The notes beneath the pieces were generated by a model. That model ran no database searches. It had not been told where the DNA came from and saw only the letters and a list, made by a program, of their open reading frames with translations. From assembly GCA_039000425.1 (NCBI GenBank), contig JAWBPV010000001.1:38-64037 (forward strand): a stretch of DNA of 64,000 nucleotides, read 5' to 3'. The translations under genes and the position numbers were made by a program. Shown here piece by piece: positions 49,518-59,813 of the stretch (within the stretch, counting starts at the first letter, position 1; every line of letters begins with the position of its first letter). This stretch comes from Candidatus Aenigmatarchaeota archaeon. Lineage in GTDB: Archaea; Aenigmatarchaeota; Aenigmatarchaeia; CG10238-14; SCSR01.

Positions 49518-52500
49518 AAGTATAAAAAAAGTTCTCTTATTGGGAAGCGGTGCAAAGTGTTGAAAAAACACGCACATTCAAAATAGGTGAGGCAGGAGAA
49601 TTTGACTACTCTGGAGCACAAGCAATCAAAGCTCTTAAAGAAGAGGGAATAAAAGTAGTTCTAGTAAACCCGAACATAGCAACAATTCAAACAGATGAAA
49701 GGTTTGTTGATAAAGTTTATTTTTTGCCAATAACTCCTGAATTTGTAGGAAAAGTGATAGAAAAAGAAAGACCTGATGGAATTTTATTAACTTTTGGTGG
49801 CCAAACTGCACTGAATTGTGGGATAGAGCTCCATGAAAGAGGAATTCTGGAAAAATATGGTGTAAGGGTGTTGGGAACAGGAATCAAAGCAATAGAAATC
49901 GCTGATGATAGGGAAAAATTCAAGAAAATTTTAATCGAGAATGGTCTGCCTGTACCGAAGAGCAAAAAAGTAAACAATGTGGAAGAAGCAATAGTTGCCG
50001 CGAGAGAGATAGGATATCCTGTCATGGTTAGAGTTGCTTACACATTGGGAGGCCAAGGTTCTGGTGTAGCTTATAATGAAGATCAATTAAAAGAAATAGC
50101 ACAAATAGGCTTAGCTCACAGTAGAATAAACCAAATTTTGGTGGAAGAGTACCTTGGAAAGTGGAAAGAAATTGAATATGAAGTGATGAGGGATTGTGAA
50201 GACAATTGTATCATAGTTTGCAACATGGAGAATTTTGACCCCATGGGTATACACACAGGCGAAAGCATAGTAGTTGCGCCTTCCCAAACCTTGACGAACA
50301 GGGAATATCACTTGTTAAGGATCACAAGCTTTAAAGTGATACGAGCTCTTGATATAATTGGAGAATGCAACATACAGTTTGCACTCAATCCGAAAAGTGA
50401 AGAATTCAAGATAATAGAAGTGAACTCGCGGTTATCAAGAAGTTCTGCTCTTGCGTCAAAAGCTACAGGATATCCGATAGCCTACATCGCGGCAAAATTA
50501 GCGATAGGCTACACTTTACCAGAACTTTTGAATAAAGTTACCCAAATCACAACAGCTTGCTTCGAGCCTGCTTTGGATTACATAGTTGTTAAAATCCCTA
50601 GATGGGATTTCCAAAAATTCAAAAATGTATCAAGAAGAATTGGGACTCAAATGAAGTCAATAGGAGAAGTTATGGCAATAGGGAGAAGCTTTGAAGAAGC
50701 CCTTCAAAAAGCTGTAAGGATGCTTGAAATTGGAAAAGAACTCACAGATATTGATGAATTGTCAAACGAAAAGGAAAAAATAAAAGAAATGTTAGAGAAG
50801 CCAACAGACGAAAGAATCTTCTACATAGTCAAGGCACTTCAAATCGGTATGAGTGAGAAAGAAATCCATGAATTAACTGGAATAGATGAGTGGTTTTTGT
50901 ATAAGATAAGGAATATAATCGAGATGGAAGAAAAAATAAAGAATGGTTTGAATGAAGAAATCTTAAGAAAAGCAAAAAAACTTGGTTTTTCTGATAAAAA
51001 AATTGGAGAGCTTGTTGGAATGAAAGAAGCTGAAATCAGAGAAATGAGAAAGTCTTTCGGTATATTGCCGGTAGTTAAGCAAATTGATACTCTAGCCGCA
51101 GAATGGCCTGCCAAGACAAATTACCTTTACATGACTTACAACGGCGACAAGGATGACATAGAATTTGAAGAAGGAAAAAAGATAATAGTGGTTGGGTCGG
51201 GTTGTTATAGAATTGGTTCAAGTGTTGAGTTTGATTGGTGTTGTGTAAACATGGCTTGGGCCTTGAAAGAAAGGGGATTTGAAAACATAATGATAAATTG
51301 CAATCCAGAAACTGTTTCTACTGATTTTGATGTTATGGACAAGCTTTACTTTGAAGAACTTACTTTAGAAAGAATTTTAGACATTTATGAAAAAGAGAAT
51401 CCTGAAGGAATTATTGTAAGTGTTGGTGGACAAACACCAAACAATTTGGCTCTTAAACTTGCAAAAAACCGTGTAAAGATAATCGGGACTTCTCCTGAAG
51501 ATATAGACAGAGCAGAAGATAGGGCAAAATTCAGTAGACTTCTAGATGAACTTGGGATAAAACAACCGGAATGGGGAAAAGTTGATAACTTAGAAAAAGC
51601 AAAAGAACTCGCTGAAAGAATAGGATACCCTGTTTTGGTAAGACCATCTTATGTTCTTTCGGGCTCTGCTATGAATGTTGCTTTAAATGAATCCCAATTG
51701 AAAGAATACTTGACAAAAGCTACTATAATCTCTAGGGAGCATCCTGTTGTTATTTCAAAATTCATAACCAATGCAAGAGAAGTTGAAGTTGATTGTGTTT
51801 CTGATGGCGAAAACGTTTTAATCGGTGCTGTAATAGAACATCTGGAAAATGCGGGTGTCCATTCAGGAGATGCAACGATGATCATACCAACCTTATCTAT
51901 AAGTGAAACGATTAAAGATAAAATAAGAGATTACACGAGAAAAATTGCTAGGTCGCTGAAGATAAAAGGTCCTTTTAACATTCAATACCTAGTTAAAGAT
52001 GGGGAAGTTTATGTTATAGAATGTAATTTAAGAGCTTCTAGAAGTATGCCCTTTGTTTCAAAAACAGTGGGAATAAACTTGATGGAAATCGCTGCCGATG
52101 CTATGCTTGGTGAAAAAATTGAAAATCGCGAATATTCCCCAAAATTTTTTGCTGTGAAAGTTCCACAATTTTCTTTCATGAGGTTAGATGGAGCAGATCC
52201 GGTAGTGGGTGTAGAGATGGTATCTACGGGGGAAGTTGCGGCTTTTGGGAAAAATTTTCATGAAGCTTTTACCAAAGCTTTGATAGCTAGTGGTGTAGAG
52301 TTTCCAAAAGATGGGGAAGGTGTTCTCATATGTGGTGGGGAAGATTGGAATAAAATAATAGATATAGCTAAGAAACTTGCTTCAAAAAATGTAAAAATTT
52401 ATAGTATAGAAAAAGCTTCGAGGGAATTGGAGAGATTTGGAATTGAAAGTGAAACTGTGAGGAAATTCGATGAACCAAAATCGAGCCTGTTAGATTACCT

Positions 52501-52660
52501 TATCGATAAGAAAATTAAAATAGTGATAAGTATTCCATTTTTCGATGGAATGATAAAAAATCAATCAGAGGATGAATATCAAATAAGGAGAAAATCGGTG
52601 GAATTCAAGGCTCATGTGGTTAGTAACATTCAATTTGCTGAAGCAATAAAGATATTTTAA
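49507..52660 (+). CDS. carB: Carbamoyl-phosphate synthase large subunit, spliced: join(49507..49555,49578..52660), 1043 aa, putative ATA start
   Basis: Exon 1 reads (M)RDESIKKVLLLGSGA in a different frame from the main ORF; removing 22 nt gives GSGAIKIGEAGEFDYSG; two ATP-grasp halves follow. Gene identity is certain, the 5' structure is inferred. Confidence 0.92.
49556..49577 (+). other. Putative BHB-type mRNA intron in carB (22 nt)
   Basis: G-GTGC-AA|A-GTGTT-GAAAA-AACAC-GCAC-AT|T-C: perfect 4-bp central helix, two 3-nt bulges, 5-bp intron stem. Confidence 0.88.
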
Positions 52661-52718
52661 AATTTATCGTGAAAACAGGATTGAAAGTTATAGAGTTCGA
52701 AAAATAGGAAAATTTTTG

Positions 52719-52804
52719 TAGCCCCGGCCAGATTCGAACTGGCGTCTCAAGCTTTCTTCCAGTTGACCAGAGGCTTGCGTGCTTGACCACTACACCACGG
52801 GGCT
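52719..52804 (-). tRNA. tRNA-Gln (CTG) with 13-nt intron at 37/38 (52754-52766)
   Basis: AGCCCCG/CGGGGCT acceptor (A1-U72), CAAGC-CT-CTG-G|TCAACTGGAAGAA|A-GCTTG. Confidence 0.9.
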
Positions 52805-52915
52805 ATAAACTTATTTAAATTTATTTTATCAATTAATTTTAAGATTGAATGAGTTGCGACCATTCAACTAATAACTTTTTTCTCTTCAATTACTACAGAA
52901 TAAGAAGGTAAGGAT

Positions 52916-54778
52916 ATGAGGATATTGGAGACACATTCAGACTGGATTGAGTACGAACCTGTGGAAAAAGAAATTCAACAAGCTGAAGATGTTGAAAGAA
53001 AAATTCATAAGTTGGAAGATGTTTTGGTTGCGTTTACTGCAGTTGAAGAGGGAGATGATGAAGAAGTTGTAAAAAAAGCTGTGGATGATACCAAAGAATT
53101 CATGGCAAAATTGAAGATAAAAAAACTTTTAATATACCCCTTTGTCCACTTGACAAACACACCAGCAAAACCTCTGGAAAGCTTGAAAATCTTGAAGGAA
53201 ATGGAAGATTATGCTAGAAAACTGAATATCGAAACTTACAGAGCACCTTTTGGTTGGAATAAAAGGTTCATTAATGCTGTTAAAGGTCATCCTCTAGCTG
53301 AAAGATTCAGAGTTATAGCTAAAGAAGAGAAAAAGGAGGAGATCATTTCAAACGCGTTGAAAGCCGAGGAAAAATTGAAATCTTTTTGGTACATAATGGA
53401 ACCGAACGGAAAATTAATACCTGTGGAGAAATTTGACTTCTCCAAACATAAGAACCTTGAAAAGTTTGCAAAGTATGAAATGGAAAAAGTTAGGGCAGTC
53501 CAACAAATACCACCTCACGTAACGTTGATGAAAAGATTGGAAATAGCTGATTTTGAACCAGCCTCAGATCCTGGAAACTTAAGGTTTTATCCTAAAGGTA
53601 GGTTGATAAAATCTTTGTTGGAACAATTCGTGACACAAAGAGTTATAGAATATGGTGGTGTAGAAGTTGAAACTCCTGTGATGTATGACTTTCAGCATCC
53701 GAGTTTAGCCGAATATTTACACAGGTTTCCTGCAAGGCAATATGTAATAAAATCGGACGATAGAGAATTTTTCTTGAGGTTCTCTGCATGCTTCGGTCAA
53801 TTCTTGATGACAAAAGATGCTCAAATTTCTTACAAACAACTTCCCTTCAGGATCTATGAATTAACGAGATACAGTTTCAGAAGGGAAAAAAGTGGTGAGT
53901 TGGTAGGTTTAAAAAGATTGAGGGCTTTCACCATGCCTGATGTTCATGCTATTTGTGCCGATTTGAAACAAGCTATGAAAGAATCTATGAAGAGGATAAA
54001 ATTATGCATGGGTGTGTTGAAAGAGATTGGTCTAGAAAAAAAAGATTATGAAATGGCTATAAGGTTCACTAAAGATTTTTATGAAGAGAATAAAAATTTC
54101 ATCATCAAGCTAGTTAAAAATTTTGGGAAACCAGTTTTGGTTGAGATGTGGCCTGAGAAATTTTTCTATTTTGTCTTGAAATGGGAGTTCAACTTCGTCG
54201 ATACTCTTGAAAAAGCTTCTGCCCTTTCTACAGATCAAATAGACGTGGAAAATGCGAAAAGGTATGGAATAACTTATATAGATAAAAATGGTGAAAAGAA
54301 ATATCCGATAATCTTACACTGTTCTCCAAGTGGGGCTATAGAGAGATGTATTTATGCTTTACTCGAAAAAGCATACATGGAACAACAAAAAGGTAAAGTT
54401 CCTAAGTTGCCTTTCTGGCTTTCTCCAACTCAAGTGAGGATCATCCCCGTTTCGGATAAGTATCTTAAAAATGCCTTAAAAATTTCTGAAGAAATAGAAA
54501 AGAATCAGATAAGGGTAGACGTGGATGATAGGAAAGAAACTGTACAGAAAAAGATAAGGGATGCTGAACTTGATTGGATACCGTTGATTTGTGTTATAGG
54601 CGAAAAAGAGATTAAGAAGAAAACTTTAAGCGTTAGGTTTAGGGAAAAAGGAAAGATAAAAGAGATGAAGATTGAAGAACTTGTGAAGATAGCTAAAAAA
54701 GAGATGAAGGGAAAGCCTTTTAAACCATTGTCATTTCCAAAATTATTGTCCAAAAGACCTATTTTCGTCAGTAAATAA
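52916..54778 (+). CDS. thrS: Threonine--tRNA ligase (archaeal type with N-terminal editing domain)
   Basis: YPFVHL, APFGWNK, KGHPLAE, RFSACFGQ, RLRAFTMPDVH, HCSPSG.IER. Confidence 0.97.
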   Translation: MRILETHSDWIEYEPVEKEIQQAEDVERKIHKLEDVLVAFTAVEEGDDEEVVKKAVDDTKEFMAKLKIKKLLIYPFVHLTNTPAKPLESLKILKEMEDYARKLNIETYRAPFGWNKRFINAVKGHPLAERFRVIAKEEKKEEIISNALKAEEKLKSFWYIMEPNGKLIPVEKFDFSKHKNLEKFAKYEMEKVRAVQQIPPHVTLMKRLEIADFEPASDPGNLRFYPKGRLIKSLLEQFVTQRVIEYGGVEVETPVMYDFQHPSLAEYLHRFPARQYVIKSDDREFFLRFSACFGQFLMTKDAQISYKQLPFRIYELTRYSFRREKSGELVGLKRLRAFTMPDVHAICADLKQAMKESMKRIKLCMGVLKEIGLEKKDYEMAIRFTKDFYEENKNFIIKLVKNFGKPVLVEMWPEKFFYFVLKWEFNFVDTLEKASALSTDQIDVENAKRYGITYIDKNGEKKYPIILHCSPSGAIERCIYALLEKAYMEQQKGKVPKLPFWLSPTQVRIIPVSDKYLKNALKISEEIEKNQIRVDVDDRKETVQKKIRDAELDWIPLICVIGEKEIKKKTLSVRFREKGKIKEMKIEELVKIAKKEMKGKPFKPLSFPKLLSKRPIFVSK

Positions 54779-54779
54779 T

Positions 54780-55595
54780 TCAACTCAACGGTTTTGAATG
54801 TTGCCAAACTAACTTGAAAAGTGGTGAGAGTATATTGCTGGCAGCATGTTCGCTCTTACTCCACAACGCTATGTCTTGTGTTGAGTGAACTTTTGCATCG
54901 GTTAGCGATAAAACAAATTGTTTGTCATCCACTATACAAACTCTTCCTACCAAGTCCACATCTTTTTCATCTAAGAGCCTGATCTCAGCCACACTACTCA
55001 GTAATTTTATAGCCTCGCTTGCTTTTTCTTTACCACTCGTAGCTATTTTTATGCTAACCCCCCTTTCCTTAGCTTTTCTCAAACTTTCCAAGTGGTTTGT
55101 AGTCAACTCTATCAAACCTTCTGGTGTTGTGACTATTGCTATCTGTTTGTTAGCATCTCTAAACATTGATGCGAGTTGTTGTTGTAAGCTGTATTTTCCT
55201 TTGAGAGCTCCTGTCATCTCTTCGGGAGAAATAACTTTAAGACCGTGGGAAAAAATTTCATTGAGTTCTTTCATAACAGGACTAGATTTAAGCTCTTCGA
55301 TTCTCTCTATCTTCTCCTTCATTTCTCCTTCTATTTTCGTTTTCACCCTTTCTAAAGCTTCTTGTGGTGGAATTGCAACGTATCTAAGAGGCTTTCCGGA
55401 TTGAACCATCACAAAACCTTTTTCAGCCAAACTTTGCAAAACATCATAAGTCCTTGACCTTGGAACGTTTGCTATGGCCGAAAGCTCACCAGCAGTGCTC
55501 GTGCCCCTTGCAAGGAGAGCTACCCATAATTTCCTTTCATATAAGTTCAAACCTATACTACGCAAAGCCTCCATCGTTCTTGATGAAGCTAGCAT
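54780..55595 (-). CDS. TrmB family regulator (TrmBL2-like)
   Basis: GLNLYERKLWVALL..G.STAGELS.IANVPRSRTYDVLQSL. Confidence 0.88.
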   Translation of the reverse strand: MLASSRTMEALRSIGLNLYERKLWVALLARGTSTAGELSAIANVPRSRTYDVLQSLAEKGFVMVQSGKPLRYVAIPPQEALERVKTKIEGEMKEKIERIEELKSSPVMKELNEIFSHGLKVISPEEMTGALKGKYSLQQQLASMFRDANKQIAIVTTPEGLIELTTNHLESLRKAKERGVSIKIATSGKEKASEAIKLLSSVAEIRLLDEKDVDLVGRVCIVDDKQFVLSLTDAKVHSTQDIALWSKSEHAASNILSPLFKLVWQHSKPLS

Positions 55596-55719
55596 CCGAC
55601 TACCTCGTTTTAACTTTTTAGTGGTTTAATATTTAAGGTTTTATATATTAGTGTTGGTAAAAAAAAGATTTAAGTGTTTGGAATTTAAGCACCAAGATGA
55701 AAATTTTTAATACAAAAGA

Positions 55720-57414
55720 TTAACCACTTTTTCCCTGACTTTCGAACAATCTTTTAATCCTATCCAAAGTATCGGCTTCTTCTGGAGATTTATCCGCAGT
55801 TCTATCTCTTATGAATCTTGGAAATCTTAGGGCAAAACCAGACTCGTAATTTGGTGATCTTTGAATTTCTTGATAACCAACCTCAATCACTATCTTTGGT
55901 TTAACTTTAACTGTTTTTCCCTTTTCTTCTACTATCAAAGGCTTCAACATTTCTGTCATCCTTTCATATTCTTCCTCCGTTAAGCCTGTTGACATCATCC
56001 CACATCTTAAAAGTTTTCCTGTATCGGGATCCCTACAAGCTAACTCAAAACTCGTCAACCATTTAGCTCTCGAGCCTTCTCCCCAACTAGCACCAACCAC
56101 AACTAAATCCAAAGTTTCCATTATAGGTTTTATTTTATACCAACCACCGACATGTCTACCAAAAACATAAGGTGAATTTAATACTTTCAAAAAAATTCCT
56201 TCTTGCTTAGCATCTAAAGCTTCTTTGTAAAATCTTTCCAACTCTTTAACATCATCACTTATTATTTGTTTAGCCAGCTGGAATTTTCCTTCAACCACTT
56301 TCACTATTCTCTCAAGAATTTTTCTTCTTTCAAAGAAAGGTTTATCCAAAAGCATCTCTCCCTCAAGATAAAGTATATCAAACAAGTTTAGTTGAACTGG
56401 GATTTCTTTCACCATTTTTTCTATATCGTATTTCCTATGTATTCTCTGCGATAGTACTTGAAATGGTAAAGGTGAACCTGTCTTTGGGTTTATAGCCAAT
56501 GCTTCCCCTTCAACTATACATTCCTTAGCTTTCAAAAATTTCCTACAAAGTTCGACCAGATCTGGAAACTGTTTAGTAACATCTTCCAATCTTCTCGTGA
56601 AAATCCAAATATCATCTCCTTTTTTATGAATTTCGGCTCTCATCCCATCGTACTTATACTCTGCTGAAACTTTCCCGAATTCTTTAACAACTTCCTCTAT
56701 ACTTTCCGCTTTTTCTCCCAGCATTACTTGTATCGGCCTTCCAAGCTCAACTTTCACCCTTCTTAAACCATCTATACCCTTTTCTTTCGCGATCTTAGCA
56801 ACTTCTGAGAAATCTGATAATATGTTCCAAGCGTAATCAACTGCAGAAGTTGCCACTTCTTTATCCTCTTCTGCCAAGAAAGCTTGAACTATTGCATCCC
56901 TTATCAAACCTTCAGCAACTCCAACCCTTAATTCACCGAGTATAGTTCTAACTATGTACCTAGCTTCTTTTGGTTTTGCTGAAACCAGAAGCTCAACTAT
57001 TAGGTTCAATTTTCTTTCTTGTGAACCTTCTCCTGTTATAGTTGCGAGCTTCCTCAAATTTTCAAAGACATTATCCACTGTTAATTTTTTCTTCAACAAA
57101 GTGACTTGCTTCTTCTCTTTAATAAGTTCCTCGGCCACTAAACCCAGATCTCCTAATTTCGCGAATTTCTTCTCAACTTCTTCAGGTTTGAAGCCTGTAG
57201 CTTTTGAAATAGCCCTTATCATCATTTGCGTCGCTATTCCGAGCTCTAACTGCATGTATTTAGGGTAAACTATACTCTGAACCAACAACACAACTTTAGG
57301 CAATTCCTCACTGCCAGCATTTTTAAAAAGTTCTGCCAGTATCTCAGTTTTCTTCAATTTTGATGAAACGTTTTCCAATTTTTCGTAATAATCTACTAAA
57401 ACCGAATAATCCAT
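55720..57414 (-). CDS. lig: ATP-dependent DNA ligase
   Basis: EYKYDGMR, EGE, FDILY, EG, KIK, LRFPRF..R.DK. Confidence 0.97.
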   Translation of the reverse strand: MDYSVLVDYYEKLENVSSKLKKTEILAELFKNAGSEELPKVVLLVQSIVYPKYMQLELGIATQMMIRAISKATGFKPEEVEKKFAKLGDLGLVAEELIKEKKQVTLLKKKLTVDNVFENLRKLATITGEGSQERKLNLIVELLVSAKPKEARYIVRTILGELRVGVAEGLIRDAIVQAFLAEEDKEVATSAVDYAWNILSDFSEVAKIAKEKGIDGLRRVKVELGRPIQVMLGEKAESIEEVVKEFGKVSAEYKYDGMRAEIHKKGDDIWIFTRRLEDVTKQFPDLVELCRKFLKAKECIVEGEALAINPKTGSPLPFQVLSQRIHRKYDIEKMVKEIPVQLNLFDILYLEGEMLLDKPFFERRKILERIVKVVEGKFQLAKQIISDDVKELERFYKEALDAKQEGIFLKVLNSPYVFGRHVGGWYKIKPIMETLDLVVVGASWGEGSRAKWLTSFELACRDPDTGKLLRCGMMSTGLTEEEYERMTEMLKPLIVEEKGKTVKVKPKIVIEVGYQEIQRSPNYESGFALRFPRFIRDRTADKSPEEADTLDRIKRLFESQGKSG

Positions 57415-57457
57415 CTCATCAACATTTTAATAGTCGCTCTTTCTATAATTATGTTTT

Positions 57458-57613
57458 ATGGTTAGGAAAGAATGGCATTTCGGCTTATGTGAAAGTTGTC
57501 TTAAAAATTCTCATCAAGAGATAAAGATGATAAAGATTTCTTTAACTTCTGACGAAGGAAAAACTGTAGAAATGTGGTGCTGCCCTGTTTGTGGGGCAAC
57601 CAAAAGACTTTAA
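57458..57613 (+). CDS. Small zinc-ribbon protein, 51 aa
   Basis: MVRKEWHFGLCESCLKNSHQEIKMIKISLTSDEGKTVEMWCCPVCGATKRL; two CxxC; not in ORF track. Confidence 0.7.
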   Translation: MVRKEWHFGLCESCLKNSHQEIKMIKISLTSDEGKTVEMWCCPVCGATKRL

Positions 57614-57644
57614 TTGTTCAAATCAGAAGTTTAAATAGAGAAAG

Positions 57645-58277
57645 ATGAATATTTTTGACGCTATAGTCGGTAGAAAAGAAGTTGTTAAGTTTAAAAAAGA
57701 TCTTGTTGATGATAAACTGATCGGTGTTATGTTGTACATGGCAACTCATGCTCATTCTGCTGGTGATATGCAAGAGTGGAACTTCATAGTTGTGAAAGAT
57801 GAGGAGAAAAAGAGGAAGTTGTACGAAGCTGCATTAGAACATCGTCTACTCAAAGAAGCTCCTGTGGTTATCGTTGTTTGTGCTGATATAGGGAAAGCTA
57901 GTTTGAGATATCAAAAAAGGGGGGAAGTTTTTTACGCTATCCAAGATACAGCTGCAGCTACCATGCTCATATTAGTTACCGCAAACGCTTTGGGGTTAGG
58001 AGCTGTGTGGATAGGATCTTTTGATGAGGAAAAGGTGAGAGACGTGCTCTACATTCCTGATAACATCAGACCCGTTGCTATGGTAGCGGTTGGTTTTGTT
58101 GAAGAATTTGTTGAAAGAAAAGAAAGAATATCTTTCGATAACTTAACTTGGTGTGACGTTTACGGAAAAAAGTATGATATTTCCTATATTTTCCAACCCG
58201 GGGCAAAAAAAGAGGTTGAATTAAAACCTATCGGGAATTTGTTGGAAGATTGGATCAAGAAAATGAGGAAAAAATGA
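57645..58277 (+). CDS. Nitroreductase family protein
   Basis: AHSAGDMQEWNFIVV, QDTAAA, ALGLGAVWIGSF. Confidence 0.85.
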   Translation: MNIFDAIVGRKEVVKFKKDLVDDKLIGVMLYMATHAHSAGDMQEWNFIVVKDEEKKRKLYEAALEHRLLKEAPVVIVVCADIGKASLRYQKRGEVFYAIQDTAAATMLILVTANALGLGAVWIGSFDEEKVRDVLYIPDNIRPVAMVAVGFVEEFVERKERISFDNLTWCDVYGKKYDISYIFQPGAKKEVELKPIGNLLEDWIKKMRKK

Positions 58278-58313
58278 TTAAACTGTTTTAAATTTAAAAA
58301 CCATATTTATATT

Positions 58314-59768
58314 GTGAACGAAATGTGGAAAATAATTTTAAAATTCCTCTTCATATCTCTATTCCTAATTCCAGCTTGTGTTGTTGCTGTAGGAGTCGAT
58401 GTAAGTTTAAGTAAAAACTCCTTAAGCATTTATACATCAGAAAACGAAACTTTGGAGATAACCGTAAAGAACATGCAAAATATTGCTGACAGCTTTTCGA
58501 TTTCAGTTTTTCCACCCCATCCAGGAATCCTCACGTCCTTGGAAAAATATTATGTGACACTGAACCCAGGAGAAAGTGAAAAAGTGAAAATTCATTTCAA
58601 AGTAGCTGAATGTTCTGAAGAAAAATCTTTTTATTTCTTCATAACAGTTGGGTCTTTAACTAATCGTGAGGTTTCCGATTCAGAGTTATTAATCTTAGAT
58701 GTTATGAGAAGACATGGTATCTGTATTTATAGCTTCAATTTGAGTGAAACAAAAGTTTATCCAGGATCTAACATCTCGATAGAAGTAACCTTAATGAACC
58801 CTTCTGAAAGTGTATCTCAACCCGTTTATCTAGAAACCACAATACTCTTCAAAAATGAAATTATAAAGAAGTTTCAAAATTACGTAGAAGCTGTTGGGGG
58901 AAAAGGAATCGAAACAGTGAAAAATATTTTAGAAATAAGTAAATATCAAGATCCTGGAAAATACACCGTTGAAATTCTGCTGAAAGATAAGTATGGTTTG
59001 ATTTTAACCAGAAAAGAAACGGAATTTGCTATTTTGACTTTAAACGCTAGTGAAAAAACAGAATTTTTACCTATCTCCAAAAAAATCAATTATGGTTTAC
59101 TGTCACAAACCGTTGAAATAGTGGTGAGGAATGAAGGAAATGTCCCGATTGAAAATTTCTACTTATCAGAACGAATTCCAGTCTTCATGAAAGTTTTCTT
59201 CTTCCCATCAGAAAAACCAAATTTTGAAGAAACAAAAGAAAGTATGGTTATTTATTATTGGCACATACCTTACCTAGCTCCAGGATCTTCTTACACAATA
59301 AGCTATCAAATAAGCACTTTGAACGCTGTTTTAATAGCGATTGTTCTCATAATTGTGATAGTATACAGTTTTACTCGTACGTTCAGTATTCGTTTGATAA
59401 AAAGACATGTAGTTGAAGGACCTTTAACTAAAGAGAAAGAAATAACGATAATGCTCGAAGTTAGGAACAGAACAAGACATGAAATAAAGGATGTGATAGT
59501 TAGGGACTTTGTACCAAGTATGGCCACAGTCGTTGAAAAATTCGACACGTTAAGACCAACTTTGAGAAGAGTTGCAAATGGCACGGAACTTGTTTGGAAA
59601 ATACCTTCATTGGCTCCTGGTGACGAGAGGGTATTAACTTACAGGATTAAGCCGATTTTGGAAATAGTAGGTAAATTAAGACTTCCTAAAGCATACATGA
59701 AGTTCATGGATAAGAAGAAAGAAGTGAGGAAAGTATTATCTAAATCTGCTTATATAAAAGCTGGATAA
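58314..59768 (+). CDS. Membrane protein with repeated Ig-like/CARDB-type domains
   Basis: Signal peptide, TLNPGES/LAPG beta-repeats, internal TM helix, further Ig-like domain after the TM. Confidence 0.65.
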   Translation: MNEMWKIILKFLFISLFLIPACVVAVGVDVSLSKNSLSIYTSENETLEITVKNMQNIADSFSISVFPPHPGILTSLEKYYVTLNPGESEKVKIHFKVAECSEEKSFYFFITVGSLTNREVSDSELLILDVMRRHGICIYSFNLSETKVYPGSNISIEVTLMNPSESVSQPVYLETTILFKNEIIKKFQNYVEAVGGKGIETVKNILEISKYQDPGKYTVEILLKDKYGLILTRKETEFAILTLNASEKTEFLPISKKINYGLLSQTVEIVVRNEGNVPIENFYLSERIPVFMKVFFFPSEKPNFEETKESMVIYYWHIPYLAPGSSYTISYQISTLNAVLIAIVLIIVIVYSFTRTFSIRLIKRHVVEGPLTKEKEITIMLEVRNRTRHEIKDVIVRDFVPSMATVVEKFDTLRPTLRRVANGTELVWKIPSLAPGDERVLTYRIKPILEIVGKLRLPKAYMKFMDKKKEVRKVLSKSAYIKAG

Positions 59769-59813
59769 GCTGGATAAATTTTTTATATTAAAATTCTTTT
59801 TTTTTTTAATTAT

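Noticed and set aside
49550..49577. ORF-track GTG start for carB (MQSVEKTRTF...)
   Set aside because: It translates the intron and omits the conserved KKVLLLGSG strand and loop, which are intact upstream in another frame.
49507..52660. carB as a frameshifted pseudogene or sequencing error
   Set aside because: The disruption is a single 22-nt insert with exact BHB geometry that restores the motif, and the remaining ~3 kb is open.
59760..59777. GCTGGATAA tandem duplication at a stop codon
   Set aside because: Two copies of 9 nt; most simply a slippage duplication with no evidence of function.
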